Assembly: GCA_001661245.1 (NCBI GenBank)
Contig: KV454013.1
Span: 331,005 to 395,004 of the forward strand
DNA from: Pachysolen tannophilus NRRL Y-2460
Lineage: Eukaryota
Length of the DNA stretch: 64,000 nt
Direction of reading: 5' to 3'
The notes under the pieces were generated by a model. The model was not told where the DNA came from, did no database searches, and was given only the letters and a program-made list of their open reading frames with translations. Below, piece after piece: positions 11,291 to 22,042 of the stretch; within the stretch, counting starts at the first letter, position 1; every line of letters begins with the position of its first letter. The position numbers and the translations under genes were made by a program.

Positions 11291-12187
11291 TTATTCTTTT
11301 ATGAAAAGTGACGCAGCACCCATACCAGTTCCGATACACATACTAACAACACCAAACTCACCTTCTTTTAATTCCCTCATTAAAGTTGCAACCTGTCTTG
11401 CACCTGTGCAACCCAATGGGTGACCCAAGGCTATAGCTCCTCCTCTAGGGTTAACTTTATTTAAATCCAAGCCCAATTTTTCAATACAGTAAATACATTG
11501 ACCAGCAAAGGCTTCATTAATTTCGAAAAAAGTTATATCATTCTTGCACAATCCAATTTTTTTCAATAATGAAGGAATGGCATAAGCTGGTCCAACCCCC
11601 ATTATCTCAGGTGGGACTCCAACAACTGATGTGGCAACGTATTTCCCCAAGATGGGCAAATTCAATTCATTTGCCATTTTTCTTGTACATAGTAAGCATA
11701 AAGAGGCACCATCGGATATTTGGGAAGCATTACCAGCATGTGTAGTGCCATTAAACGATGATTTTAATTTGGATAAGGATTCAGAAGTGACATTGGGCCT
11801 TGGGCCTTCATCTTTGGAAACTAGAATTTTTTTAACTTCATGTTTCCCATTGGAGGTTCCTTCTCCTTTTTCATCATCGTCTTCATCATCATCATCTTCT
11901 TCTTCCTGGTTTTGGGTGATTTCAATTGGTAAAATTTCGTCTTTAAATAAATTTTGTTTAACTGCCCTTTCAGCTTTTTGATACGATAACGCAGCAAAAT
12001 TATCTTGCTTTTGTCTAGAAATTTGAAAATTCTTGCTGACATTTTCATTTGTAATACCCATTGGTATTAAACATTTAGATCCCTGTGAATCTTGTTTAAT
12101 ATCATGAGAAAGTTTTGGAACTGCTTTTGGGCCATAATTGGAACTCATACTTTCAACACCTCCTGCTAAACCACAATCAATTTGTCC
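11291..12187 (-). pseudogene. POT1: 3-ketoacyl-CoA thiolase POT1, C-terminal half (GQIDCGLAGGVESM... to stop)
   Basis: Thiolase motifs GGVESM, MGITNENV, GNASQISDGA, FEINEAFA, GGAIALGHPLG and SMCIGTG. Homology extends 13 codons upstream of the ATG at 12148 to 12187. Three unrelated codons and in-frame TGA TAA precede it. Confidence 0.9.
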
Positions 12188-12493
12188 AAAGGTGTTTTAT
12201 CAGTGGACACTTCAAAGAATTAGTAGTTAATCATAAATAAATCATTATCATATATATATTTATTTTTCTGGTTTTTCCTTTTTTTTTTTTTTTTTTTTTT
12301 TTAGTTTACAGAAACCGTTATCATTAACTTCCCCGCCTAATCATCATTTATCGAAAGATCAGGTTTGCTCAGTTCTGAAACATATATAATTGAAATTAAA
12401 TATCATTATTTGGAACGAATTTTTGGCTATAATTTTTTTTTTCTATATTATAATTAGAAAAAAAAAATAAAGAAAAATAAAGTTTAAGTAGAT

Positions 12494-12910
12494 ATGAATC
12501 GTTTGTTACAGGTTAATTCTCATTTAACAAATCCTGGAGCTGCAGATGTGCGTACCAAAAATGATGGAGATGTTGTTATCATTGCCTCATATAGAACTCC
12601 TATTGCTAAAGGTGGGAAAGGTTCTTTTAAAGACATGAACTCTGACGAGTTATTATACAAATTTACTAAAGAGTTTATTAAGAAATTGCCTCCTCAATTT
12701 GATTTGAGAAAAATTGAAGATGTAGTTATTGGGAATGTATTGAATCATGGTGCAGGTGCCATTGAACATCGCGCTGCTCTTTTAAGTGCTGGTTTAGATT
12801 CTTCAATTCCGTTTATGGCTATTAATAGGCAATGTTCTTCTGGGTTAATGGCTATAAATGATATTGCTAATAAGATTATTAGTCATTCTGTTCAAACAAC
12901 TGTAACTTGA
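12494..12910 (+). pseudogene. POT1: 3-ketoacyl-CoA thiolase POT1, N-terminal half (homology ends at 12883, then an 8-codon unrelated tail)
   Basis: PTS2 signal RL-x5-HL (MNRLLQVNSHL), DVVII..YRTPI.KGGKGSFKD and the catalytic Cys motif NRQCSSGL. Homology stops at ANKIIS. Confidence 0.9.
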
Positions 12911-13242
12911 TAATATCGATTGATGCTTTTCTTAATAGAAATGATTGCTTAATAAAAGTTTAACAGCCAAAAAAAAGAAAAAAAACGGAGAAGAAATTTA
13001 GTTTCCGAAAAACTTTAAAACTTCTCCACTTTTGACTACAATTCTCCTTCGCGGATATTGTTTTTTTTGATTTTATTATTTTTGAAACAAAAGAAGATCT
13101 AAACAAAGTAAACTTTAACATTGGTACTTAATAGTCTAATGAAGTTGAAGACAACGACTTTGGATTTAACCCAAACCAGAATTTGAAAATTGCCATCTCA
13201 GGCCTAGTTGAGGTTTCAGCGCTTAGTTTCTAGTTCTCAGAA

Positions 13243-16200
13243 ATGAGTGAGAATAATAGCGTGGATTCGTTAAAAGAGCTGCTGATCGATGCAAGCATTG
13301 ATTTGGAATCCACTTCAACGGAGAGATCATCAAAGAGTAAAATATTTAAAAATATCAAGAGAGTATTTAGGTCTTCGGATAGTGGTAATGCTGAAGATAT
13401 GACTAGAAGTAGAAATGCTTCAGGCGCTTTTTCATCAAATGGTGGTGGTCCTGGCAGTGCTGCTGGCGGAGCTGCTGCTTGTGATAGTACATCTAATCTG
13501 GATGATTCAGATCAAAAAATTATCACTTTCACTGAGGAAGATGATTTAGGAAATGACTCTGACTTAAGCGATATGAATATTAATAACAAAATTTTGTTGA
13601 ATCCAAAGAAAAGAAGTGTGTCTCTGCAGCGACTGCTGCAGATGCTGCCTCATATACATTTGGGACAAAACGAAGATACAGAAGATGATCTAGGAAGAGT
13701 GGTGAGTATTGGTTTAGATTTGGCAGGCAAAGGTTTATCTAGTGATGATTTGAAAAATCCATTTTCTTCAGTAGGAATTCAAAGTCATAAGTATGGAAAT
13801 AATGCTCAAGATTCTGTTATTTCATTTTACAGTGAAGGTACAATAACTGATTCAGAAACTTCAAATAGTTATTCGAGAAAACCTTCATTAACTAGAAGTG
13901 CTTCAATGATTTTTGGGAAAAAATCGCCAAAACCAATCTCTCCTGTGATTCCTTCTCCTACTTTTAAATCTTTAGAAGATAACAATACTTGGTCAAAATT
14001 GAAAAAATCTAGAAATATAACACCACCAATGCCTTCTATTTCTAAAGTTAATAGCTTATTTGAACAATTCTTGGTAAAAAGAAAATATACAATGGAAGCA
14101 AGGTTAAGAATGAATGAGTTAGATCCAGCGAAAAAATGGGAAATTCTTTACAAAAGCAATGGTAGTAATACAGATGATTCTACAAGTAGTAATAAAAACG
14201 AATACATGAAAAGAGGATTAAACATTCCATCACCAGTTGTTAAATTAAAAGAAAATTCTCCAAAGTGGTTTGTCTCAAAGTTAATCACAAATGAACTATC
14301 TTTAAAACAATTCCAAAGTTTATCAAAATATTTGAAAAAAAATATGGAATTTGTTAAAAATTTCATTTTGCTTCAAGGTACTATTGCACTTTGTATCACT
14401 TTGCAAAATATAAATAAACGTTCAATAAAGTCCAATGAGCAGTTAGATAAAGAATTCATAATAGTAACATGTTTAAAAGATATAATAAATTATAAAGAAG
14501 GTGCAGATTCGGTTTTTGAACTTCCGCGTTGTATTCATGGTTTAGTGTTAAGTTTAGTTTCCCCAAGATTATCAACTAGGATACAAGTTTCCGAGATCTT
14601 AATGCTTTTAACTTATTGGAGAGTTCCATTGGGACGCAAGACTATCTTAGAAGGTTTAGCACTAGTTCAAGATAGATTGGGAGATTTTAATAAGTTTGAA
14701 CCATGGTTAAGAATTGTCGACGAAAGTTTGAATGGGAAAGGTATTATGGGAAATTTAATCAGTAATGGTGACTATAGCAAGATTGGATACAAGTTGGAAA
14801 CCACTTTAAAGGATTACTCGTTGGTAACCTTATTTTTAGTTAACGCTTTATTGGAAAGTTTTGAAGATTATACTGAAAGGTTGCAGATAAGAGAGAGCTT
14901 TAATCAGTCTGGCATATTGAGTATTTTTAATAAGATGAAATTACTAAAATGCGGTTTGATAAATGAACAGATAGAAAAATACGAAGATTTTAGTAACGAA
15001 GATTTCGATGATGTTATTCATTCCAAAGACAATGGAATTGAGCCAAAAGAAGTTGTCACGTTCAAAGATCTTGAAGAGTTGATTAATGATGTTTTTTTGG
15101 AAAGATTGAAAAATTACCAAGATCATGCGGAAATTCTAAGACATTTGCATCTGATAGTGAATAACCTTAGTTTGGTGCTAAGTTCAAAAGATTTGGATGT
15201 TTCACCTACAGATAATGCTATCAAATATTTTAAAGTCATAGATGCAATATTGACACACATAGTCAAGGAATCATCTAGGGTCGGCGAGAATCCTTCAACT
15301 GTGTTGAACATGACCTTACAGCGGTTAATGGATAAATTAACAACCGAAGAAATCGCTAGAAAGGCCATAGTTGAGTCTCAAAATTTATCTAGAACATTGA
15401 AAAACCTTCTTGTAGAAAATGACGAATTGAAGGCAACAATAGAGTTGGGAAGTGATGGTATGATAAATAGGTTACAAAGAGAAATCAAATTATTAGCTGA
15501 TAAATCACATACACAAGAAAAGCAATTATTATTATATCAAACTAAGTTTAGAAATTTATTGGATGAGAGAGAAATTGATAAGGTAAAATTTGAAAGAGCA
15601 TCATCAGAAAGAGCATCATCAGAAAGAGTATCATCAAAATCATATAGTGGAGGTACAAACGATAGTAGTAGTACTCAAACACAGGATCCAATCAAGGGAA
15701 TCAATAATCAAAATTTTATGCTGTCTAACGCTTCCCACTTTGATATATTTAGCGGTTTATTTGCTAAAAGTGATAGTACCGAAAATAATGTTGTATCAGT
15801 TAATGATAATGATTTAGGAATCAGTACTAACTTTACTACTACTCATAATACTCAGTTAAATGAAGCAAAAGATGTTGAACAGATGGAGGCCTGGTGGGGA
15901 TCAAACAGCCATGAAAAATATGCCAACATTACCAGTATACATCCGAAGTTGCCTCCAAAAAGCGTAGGAGCTTCTAATGAAAGTGAAGTTGAAGGAAATT
16001 GTAATGTTAGCGCCCAACATGAAAATAAACCACTTTGTAAAGTTGGTATTGCTAAGAATAACGATTTAATTTTGAAGGAAGATTATAATCAAACTGATGA
16101 AACTCCTATTTATACTGAAGAACTGGGTATATATTCAGGATTGTCGCAGTCAGATGCAAAAGAGGAGTGTTTGGGAGAAACTTCAACGGAAATGCATTCC

Positions 16201-18489
16201 AAGTCAAGAGTGTTCATGTCTCAAGTATCTGATTCTTCTACAAGGGACTTGAAAGAGAAGTCAGTGGCAGTCTCTCCGACTGCAATTGTTCCACCACTTT
16301 CCGTTCAGTCCCCATTACAGCTGAATGTTCTTCCAATTCAAAAAGCTAACAAAGCAGCCTCGATACCACCTCCACCACCCTTGCCGCCATCATTGATTCA
16401 TCCGCCGAAGAGCAATGTTACTGAAAGTCATTCTACGTTGACCCTGTCAACTTCTTCACCATCTCACGCCGAGAAGGAAACAAATAATTCAACAACTCCA
16501 GTAAAGGTACACTCTTCTCCACCTCCACCTCCTCCATTACCGCCATCATTTTGCTCAAACAAACCTATTTCACCTCCATCCCATCCAACCCCACTTCCAA
16601 CAGCATCTCCGAATATTAAAAACTCGCTGGCCCCACCCCCGCCGCCATTACCACCATCACTTCTCAAATCTGATTCAAATAATGATGCGTCAATTCCGCA
16701 ATTTCCAAGTATATCTCCAGCTCCATCTTCCCCAGCAAAGAATGTTTCAGTTCCCGAAAAACAAGATCTGGAACTGTTTGATTTGACTTCAGAATCTCCG
16801 TTGACTATTAAACAATTACCAAGACCCAAAACCAAACTAAAGCAAATTCATTGGGACAAAATTGAAAATAGCAGAATTGACCATACTTTTTGGAAAGATT
16901 TGAATGATAATAGTATAGCTTCAAATTTGGAAAAATTAGGAATTTTAAATGAGGTGGAAACCTTCTTTGCTGCTAAGCAGTCTGTTTCTAAATTCAAGAT
17001 TGAATCGAAAGCTGATACTAGTAAAAAGAAAGTTTCTTTCTTATCCAGAGACCTTAACCAACAGTTTGGAATAAACTTACATATTTTAGGTAATATGTCA
17101 GAAGAAGAATTGGTCTTGAAGGTCTTACATTGTGATGAGAAGATAATGCAGAACATTAATATTTTAGAATTTTTTAACAAAGACGAGTTAACAGACTTCT
17201 CGGCCACTTTGAGAAAAAATTTTGCTCCTTATTCAACAAATTTTAAAGATCCAAATTCCAAACCAATGAAAGATCCCCGCGATTTGGGAAGAGCGGATAG
17301 GATTTTTTTGGAGCTTTGTTTCAACTTGAATGGTTATTGGAAGGCAAGATCAAGATCGTTGTTGTTTATCAAAACTTATGAAAAAGGATACTATGATTTA
17401 GTTCACAAGCTAGATGTCATCGATGAAGGAATAAAATCAATTAGACAATCAGATTCTTTCAAAGATGTTTTGGATATAATAAGAACAATAGGAAATTTCA
17501 TGAACGATGATTCTAAAAAGGCTCTTGGTTTCAAACTAGGAACTTTACAAAGATTGAAGTTCATGAAAGACGATAAAAATTCAATGACTTTTTTACACTA
17601 TATTGAAAAAATAATTAGGAACTGGTTTCCAGAATATGGAGAGTTTGTTGACGATTTAAGTATTGTCGGCATAGTGTCCAAATTATCAATTGATCAATTG
17701 GAAGCAGATTCTTTGGATTTTGATAAACAGGTCAACAATTGTAAGATGTCATTGGAAAAGGGTAATTTGAGTGATAGTGCCAATTTTCATCCTGAGGATA
17801 AAATTCTTGAAATTATTTCGAAACCATTAGAAAGGGCAGTAACCAAAAATTTTTTATTACAGCAACATTTGAAAAGTACAACGAATGGAGTTCATGACTT
17901 ATTAGAGTATTTTGGTGAATCTTGTAAAGAAAGATCATCATTCTTTGGTATTTTGGCTAATTTTATTGATGATTTCAAAAAAGCTCATTTAGAAAATATT
18001 CAAAAAGAAGAGGAGGAACGTGCTTACCAAAAAAGAAAAAAAATGGTAGAAGAATCCAAAAACCGACAAAAGAAAAATGGCATAGTAAGGATCCCAAAAT
18101 CGAATAAATCCGATGATTATGACCCCTCAAAAACTTCAGAAGAAAATAAAGAAAACAGTGAGCTTGATGAAGGGAAAGACAATTCCGAATTATCTATTTC
18201 TGATGATAAAGATAGACCAAGTGAAGGACATAATTATGGACCTCACGATGGGAATAGTTCAGTGATAGATGATTTATTAGAAAGATTAAAAGCTTCAGGG
18301 AAGCAATCAGGCACTACTTTAACTCCAAGTAGCTCTTCAACTACTTCATCAAAATTGAAAAGAAGATCAGCATTATCTGCATATTATCAAATGCAGCAAC
18401 AGTTAAAGGAAAATTTGGATAATGATCTAGGTGACGAAGATGTAGAAATAAGAGCACAGAGAATGTTAAAAGACTTATCCAACTATTAA
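13243..18489 (+). CDS. Formin (Bnr1/Bni1 family)
   Basis: GBD/FH3 region, three polyproline FH1 tracts, and an FH2 domain (LKQIHWDKI, IGNFMND, GFKL.TLQRL, MTFLHY). Appears more Bnr1-like, but the orthologue is not certain. Confidence 0.93.
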   Translation: MSENNSVDSLKELLIDASIDLESTSTERSSKSKIFKNIKRVFRSSDSGNAEDMTRSRNASGAFSSNGGGPGSAAGGAAACDSTSNLDDSDQKIITFTEEDDLGNDSDLSDMNINNKILLNPKKRSVSLQRLLQMLPHIHLGQNEDTEDDLGRVVSIGLDLAGKGLSSDDLKNPFSSVGIQSHKYGNNAQDSVISFYSEGTITDSETSNSYSRKPSLTRSASMIFGKKSPKPISPVIPSPTFKSLEDNNTWSKLKKSRNITPPMPSISKVNSLFEQFLVKRKYTMEARLRMNELDPAKKWEILYKSNGSNTDDSTSSNKNEYMKRGLNIPSPVVKLKENSPKWFVSKLITNELSLKQFQSLSKYLKKNMEFVKNFILLQGTIALCITLQNINKRSIKSNEQLDKEFIIVTCLKDIINYKEGADSVFELPRCIHGLVLSLVSPRLSTRIQVSEILMLLTYWRVPLGRKTILEGLALVQDRLGDFNKFEPWLRIVDESLNGKGIMGNLISNGDYSKIGYKLETTLKDYSLVTLFLVNALLESFEDYTERLQIRESFNQSGILSIFNKMKLLKCGLINEQIEKYEDFSNEDFDDVIHSKDNGIEPKEVVTFKDLEELINDVFLERLKNYQDHAEILRHLHLIVNNLSLVLSSKDLDVSPTDNAIKYFKVIDAILTHIVKESSRVGENPSTVLNMTLQRLMDKLTTEEIARKAIVESQNLSRTLKNLLVENDELKATIELGSDGMINRLQREIKLLADKSHTQEKQLLLYQTKFRNLLDEREIDKVKFERASSERASSERVSSKSYSGGTNDSSSTQTQDPIKGINNQNFMLSNASHFDIFSGLFAKSDSTENNVVSVNDNDLGISTNFTTTHNTQLNEAKDVEQMEAWWGSNSHEKYANITSIHPKLPPKSVGASNESEVEGNCNVSAQHENKPLCKVGIAKNNDLILKEDYNQTDETPIYTEELGIYSGLSQSDAKEECLGETSTEMHSKSRVFMSQVSDSSTRDLKEKSVAVSPTAIVPPLSVQSPLQLNVLPIQKANKAASIPPPPPLPPSLIHPPKSNVTESHSTLTLSTSSPSHAEKETNNSTTPVKVHSSPPPPPPLPPSFCSNKPISPPSHPTPLPTASPNIKNSLAPPPPPLPPSLLKSDSNNDASIPQFPSISPAPSSPAKNVSVPEKQDLELFDLTSESPLTIKQLPRPKTKLKQIHWDKIENSRIDHTFWKDLNDNSIASNLEKLGILNEVETFFAAKQSVSKFKIESKADTSKKKVSFLSRDLNQQFGINLHILGNMSEEELVLKVLHCDEKIMQNINILEFFNKDELTDFSATLRKNFAPYSTNFKDPNSKPMKDPRDLGRADRIFLELCFNLNGYWKARSRSLLFIKTYEKGYYDLVHKLDVIDEGIKSIRQSDSFKDVLDIIRTIGNFMNDDSKKALGFKLGTLQRLKFMKDDKNSMTFLHYIEKIIRNWFPEYGEFVDDLSIVGIVSKLSIDQLEADSLDFDKQVNNCKMSLEKGNLSDSANFHPEDKILEIISKPLERAVTKNFLLQQHLKSTTNGVHDLLEYFGESCKERSSFFGILANFIDDFKKAHLENIQKEEEERAYQKRKKMVEESKNRQKKNGIVRIPKSNKSDDYDPSKTSEENKENSELDEGKDNSELSISDDKDRPSEGHNYGPHDGNSSVIDDLLERLKASGKQSGTTLTPSSSSTTSSKLKRRSALSAYYQMQQQLKENLDNDLGDEDVEIRAQRMLKDLSNY
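15592..15636 (+). repeat. 15-bp coding tandem repeat x3 (ERASS-ERASS-ERVSS) in the formin
   Basis: GAAAGAGCATCATCA twice, then GAAAGAGTATCATCA. Confidence 0.85.
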
Positions 18490-18876
18490 AATATCTATTT
18501 CCACTTTCAAGTTTAATTTTTTGTATACATAGATTTCTATTTATTTAATGCTTATTTTAATTTTGAAAAAAAAAATCATAAAAATATTTGATTACAAATA
18601 TAATATAAATTTGATGTATATAATTAAAATTGAAGAGATTAAAATATATATATATATATAATTATATATATGAAAAAAAAAAATAAAAAAATATAAAAAA
18701 AATTAATAAAAAAAGAAGAGAAACACTAATCCAACCACACAAAAAGTAACAAATTAAGAAAGAAGAAAATAATTAATTACATATGTATATATATGTATAT
18801 ATATATATATATATATATTAAATATTTTTAAAAAGAAAGCATTAAAAAAGAAGAAGGGTGAATTGAATTTTGGTAT

Positions 18877-20382
18877 CTAATATTCACCACCTTCAACTTC
18901 ATCTTCAAATGAATCTGCTCCAACTTCTAAGTAATCTTGTTCCAAAGCTGCTAAATCTTCTCTAGCTTCAGTAAATTCACCTTCTTCCATACCTTCACCA
19001 ACGTACCAGTGAACAAAAGCTCTTTTCTTGTACATCAAATCGAATTTAGAATTGATATGAGACCAAGCAGTTGAAATAGCAGTAGTATTTGATAAAGCAC
19101 AAACAGCTCTTGAACTTGCAGCCATATCTCCATCTGGTACAAAAGTTGGTGGTTGATAACAAATACCAATTTTAAAACCTGTTGGACACCAATCAACCAA
19201 TTGAACTGTTTTTTTGGATTTAATGTTTGCAACAGCTTTTTGAACATCTCTATTGACTACATCACCACGGTATAATAAACAAGTAGCCATATATTTACCA
19301 GCTCTTGGATCACATTTAACCATTTGATTTCCTGGTTCAAAACAAGCAGTAGTAATTTCACTAACTGAGTTAGATTCATGATTTGATTTTGATTTTGATG
19401 AAACTGGAGCATAAGAGACCAATGGGAAATGAATTCTTGGGTATGGAACTAAATTTGTTTGAAATTCATTTAAATCAACATTTAAAGAACCATCAAATCT
19501 TAAAGAAGCAGTAACTGAAGAAACAACTTGAGCAATTAATTTATTTAAATTATCTAAACTTGGTCTTGGAATATCCAAATTTTTACGACACATATCATAG
19601 ATTGCTTCATTATCAACCATAAAAGTACAATCTGCATGTTCTAAAGTTGTATGAGTTGTTAAAACAGTATTATAAGGTTCAACAACAGAAGTTGAAACTC
19701 TAGGACCTGGATAAACTGCAAATTCTAATTTAGATTTTTTACCATAATCAATAGAGAGTTGTTCTAATAATAAAGATCCAAAACCTGAACCAGTACCACC
19801 ACCTAAAGAATGACTAAAGATAAAACCTTGTAAACCATCACATTGATCTGACATTTTTCTTAATCTTTCTAAAGTATCATCAATTAATTCTCTTCCAACA
19901 GTATAATGACCTCTTGCATAATTATTTGCTGCATCTTCTTTACCACTAATAAGTTGTTCTGGATGGAATAAATTCTTGTATTTACCAGTTCTAACTTCGT
20001 CAATAACATTTGGTTCTAAATCAACATATAATGCTCTTGGAACATATTTACCTGAACCAGTTTCACTGAAAAAAGTTGAAAATCCTTCTTCACCACCTTT
20101 TGGCTTTGTAAGACCTTCTTGTAAATACCCATCTGACGTGATACCATGCTCCAAGGAGTACAACTCCCAGCAAGCATTACCGATTTGACAACCAGCTTGA
20201 CCGACTAAAATAAAAATAAAAAATTTAAAAGAAATAACGCGTTAATATATATATATATATATATATAAAGATCAAAATTTATCATAACATCTTGTGATCC
20301 AATAACCACAAATCTATCAATCAAAAAAAAAAAAATAATAAACGGCGCTTAACTTACTGTTGACGCTGATAACTTCTCTCAT
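18877..20382 (-). CDS. TUB1: Alpha-tubulin, 2 exons (20382..20358 and 20204..18877), 450 aa
   Basis: Exon 1 encodes MREVISVN and is followed by a GTAAGT donor at 20357. A TAG acceptor at 20205 gives [23 protein letters not shown] motif and C-terminal EY are present. Confidence 0.97.
20205..20357 (-). other. Spliceosomal intron of TUB1 (153 nt)
   Basis: GTAAGT donor, probable variant branch point TATTAAC (20247..20241) and TAG acceptor. Splicing restores the frame. Confidence 0.93.
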
Positions 20383-20696
20383 ATCGTAGCTTCAATAGAA
20401 TCAACTTAAATTCTGCTATTAATTAAATAACTATATTAAAATTAATATTTAATTATTAATAGTTTTGAATGGGCGTCTAATTTGAGAATTTTTGTTTACA
20501 TTTTCTCTTTTAAAAAAAAATAAAAAAATTTAATGTTTACATTTTTCCATCTCCTTATATAGCCCGTGATTGGAAATACCCGCAAACACTGGGGCGATAG
20601 CAAGTAAAATGTACTGAACCGCCCCTGATTTATAGTGTGCTCCCATACAAACCATTGTCGCGGTAAATCTCAGCACTAACAAAAAATTACAAAAAG

Positions 20697-20732
<36 letters not shown>

Positions 20733-22042
20733 AAAAATCCCCCAAACTTCCTAATGCGGTAGCTACTTAAAACGGTACTTTCTGCCCAGCCCATATATAT
20801 ACACATATCATATATATATACGTGTATATGTGTATATGAGTATAGGCTTATTTAAAGGCGCCTTTTTAAGATTGCTAATCTAAAATCTGAACTCAGGAAA
20901 GGTGGTCATTCAAATAGCAATAGAGATAAATTACAATTTGTTTTTACTCTTTCACTTTCTTTACAAGAAGAGAAGAGAAGAGAAAAGAAGAAAAAAAAAA
21001 CTTTTTTTTTTGTGTTCTGGTTTCTTTCCTCTGTTTCGTTTCATTTCATTTCATCTTTAACTCTAGTAAAAGGAAGAAGATGATGATAAAAAATAAAATA
21101 AAAAATAAAAAATAAAAAAGAATCCGGTCTTGGCTCGGGGATGTTCGGCCTCCATTAAAAGGAGATAGATACCACTATGTGTGTTATAGTTCGAATAAAA
21201 ATGATTGGCTTATCCTGCTCCGTACAACCTAGATAATTATTACGTAAGTGCTTTTATTATTATTATTATACGTAATATTCACATGCCTCTTTTATTTTTT
21301 TCTTTATATTTGAGCTCGGAACATCTTTCCACAAAAATGATAATTTAACAATAATAAAAATAACTAAAAATTGTTTAGTACCTAGGTAGGGAGGGGGAAG
21401 GGCAAGAAAAAAAAAAAAAAAATTGTTTTGCGGTCAACAGGATTTTAAAATTTTAAAAATTTTAATTTTAATATTAAGAAAACAATTTATTTTAAAAGTC
21501 TTTAATGTTTTATATGAAAAAGCAATAAGAAAAAATATAATAAAATTGAAGAACTTCTTTCATTTTCATATGATTAAAAGATAGCGCTATTAAGGTGTAT
21601 AGGATATGTTTATAAAAAATATAAAAAATTTATGTCCTGTATCCGATGTCTTATGTCCTATGTTTTATGTCTTATGTTTCTCCTTGCCCTTTCCCCCACA
21701 AAAATTTCCCGATTCATGTTTTGTTCATAATACATATATGCCCCTTTGTGCAGGGGCAACTCAAGCAGATACCCCGGGATTCAATTTTTATAACCCTATT
21801 TCTTTCTTTCTTTCTTTAATTCTTTATAATTCTTTCTTTTTTAAAGTTACAAAGTTCATTATTTATTGATTTTATTGAATGATTAAATTAAAATTTATAC
21901 ATCTATATAAATAGAGAATGATTTCCCCAGATTTTTTCTTTTTTCCTAATTTTTTATATTTCATGTTTTTGCATTGAAATTATTATTGTCATTTTTTTTT
22001 TTCTTATACTCATTAATTTTTTATAAAATATAATATTCAAAT

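Noticed and set aside
12188..12890. Trans-splicing of the two POT1 halves (TACTAAT branch-like site on the minus strand near 12225)
   Set aside because: The N-half end offers only GTCATT as a donor. There is no AG immediately before GGA CAA, and the nearest upstream AG leaves in-frame TGA TAA stops.
20530..21869. ORFs 20530..20745 and 21606..21869 in the TUB1-PCK1 intergenic region
   Set aside because: They are homopolymer- or short-repeat-derived sequence in promoter DNA and do not look coding.
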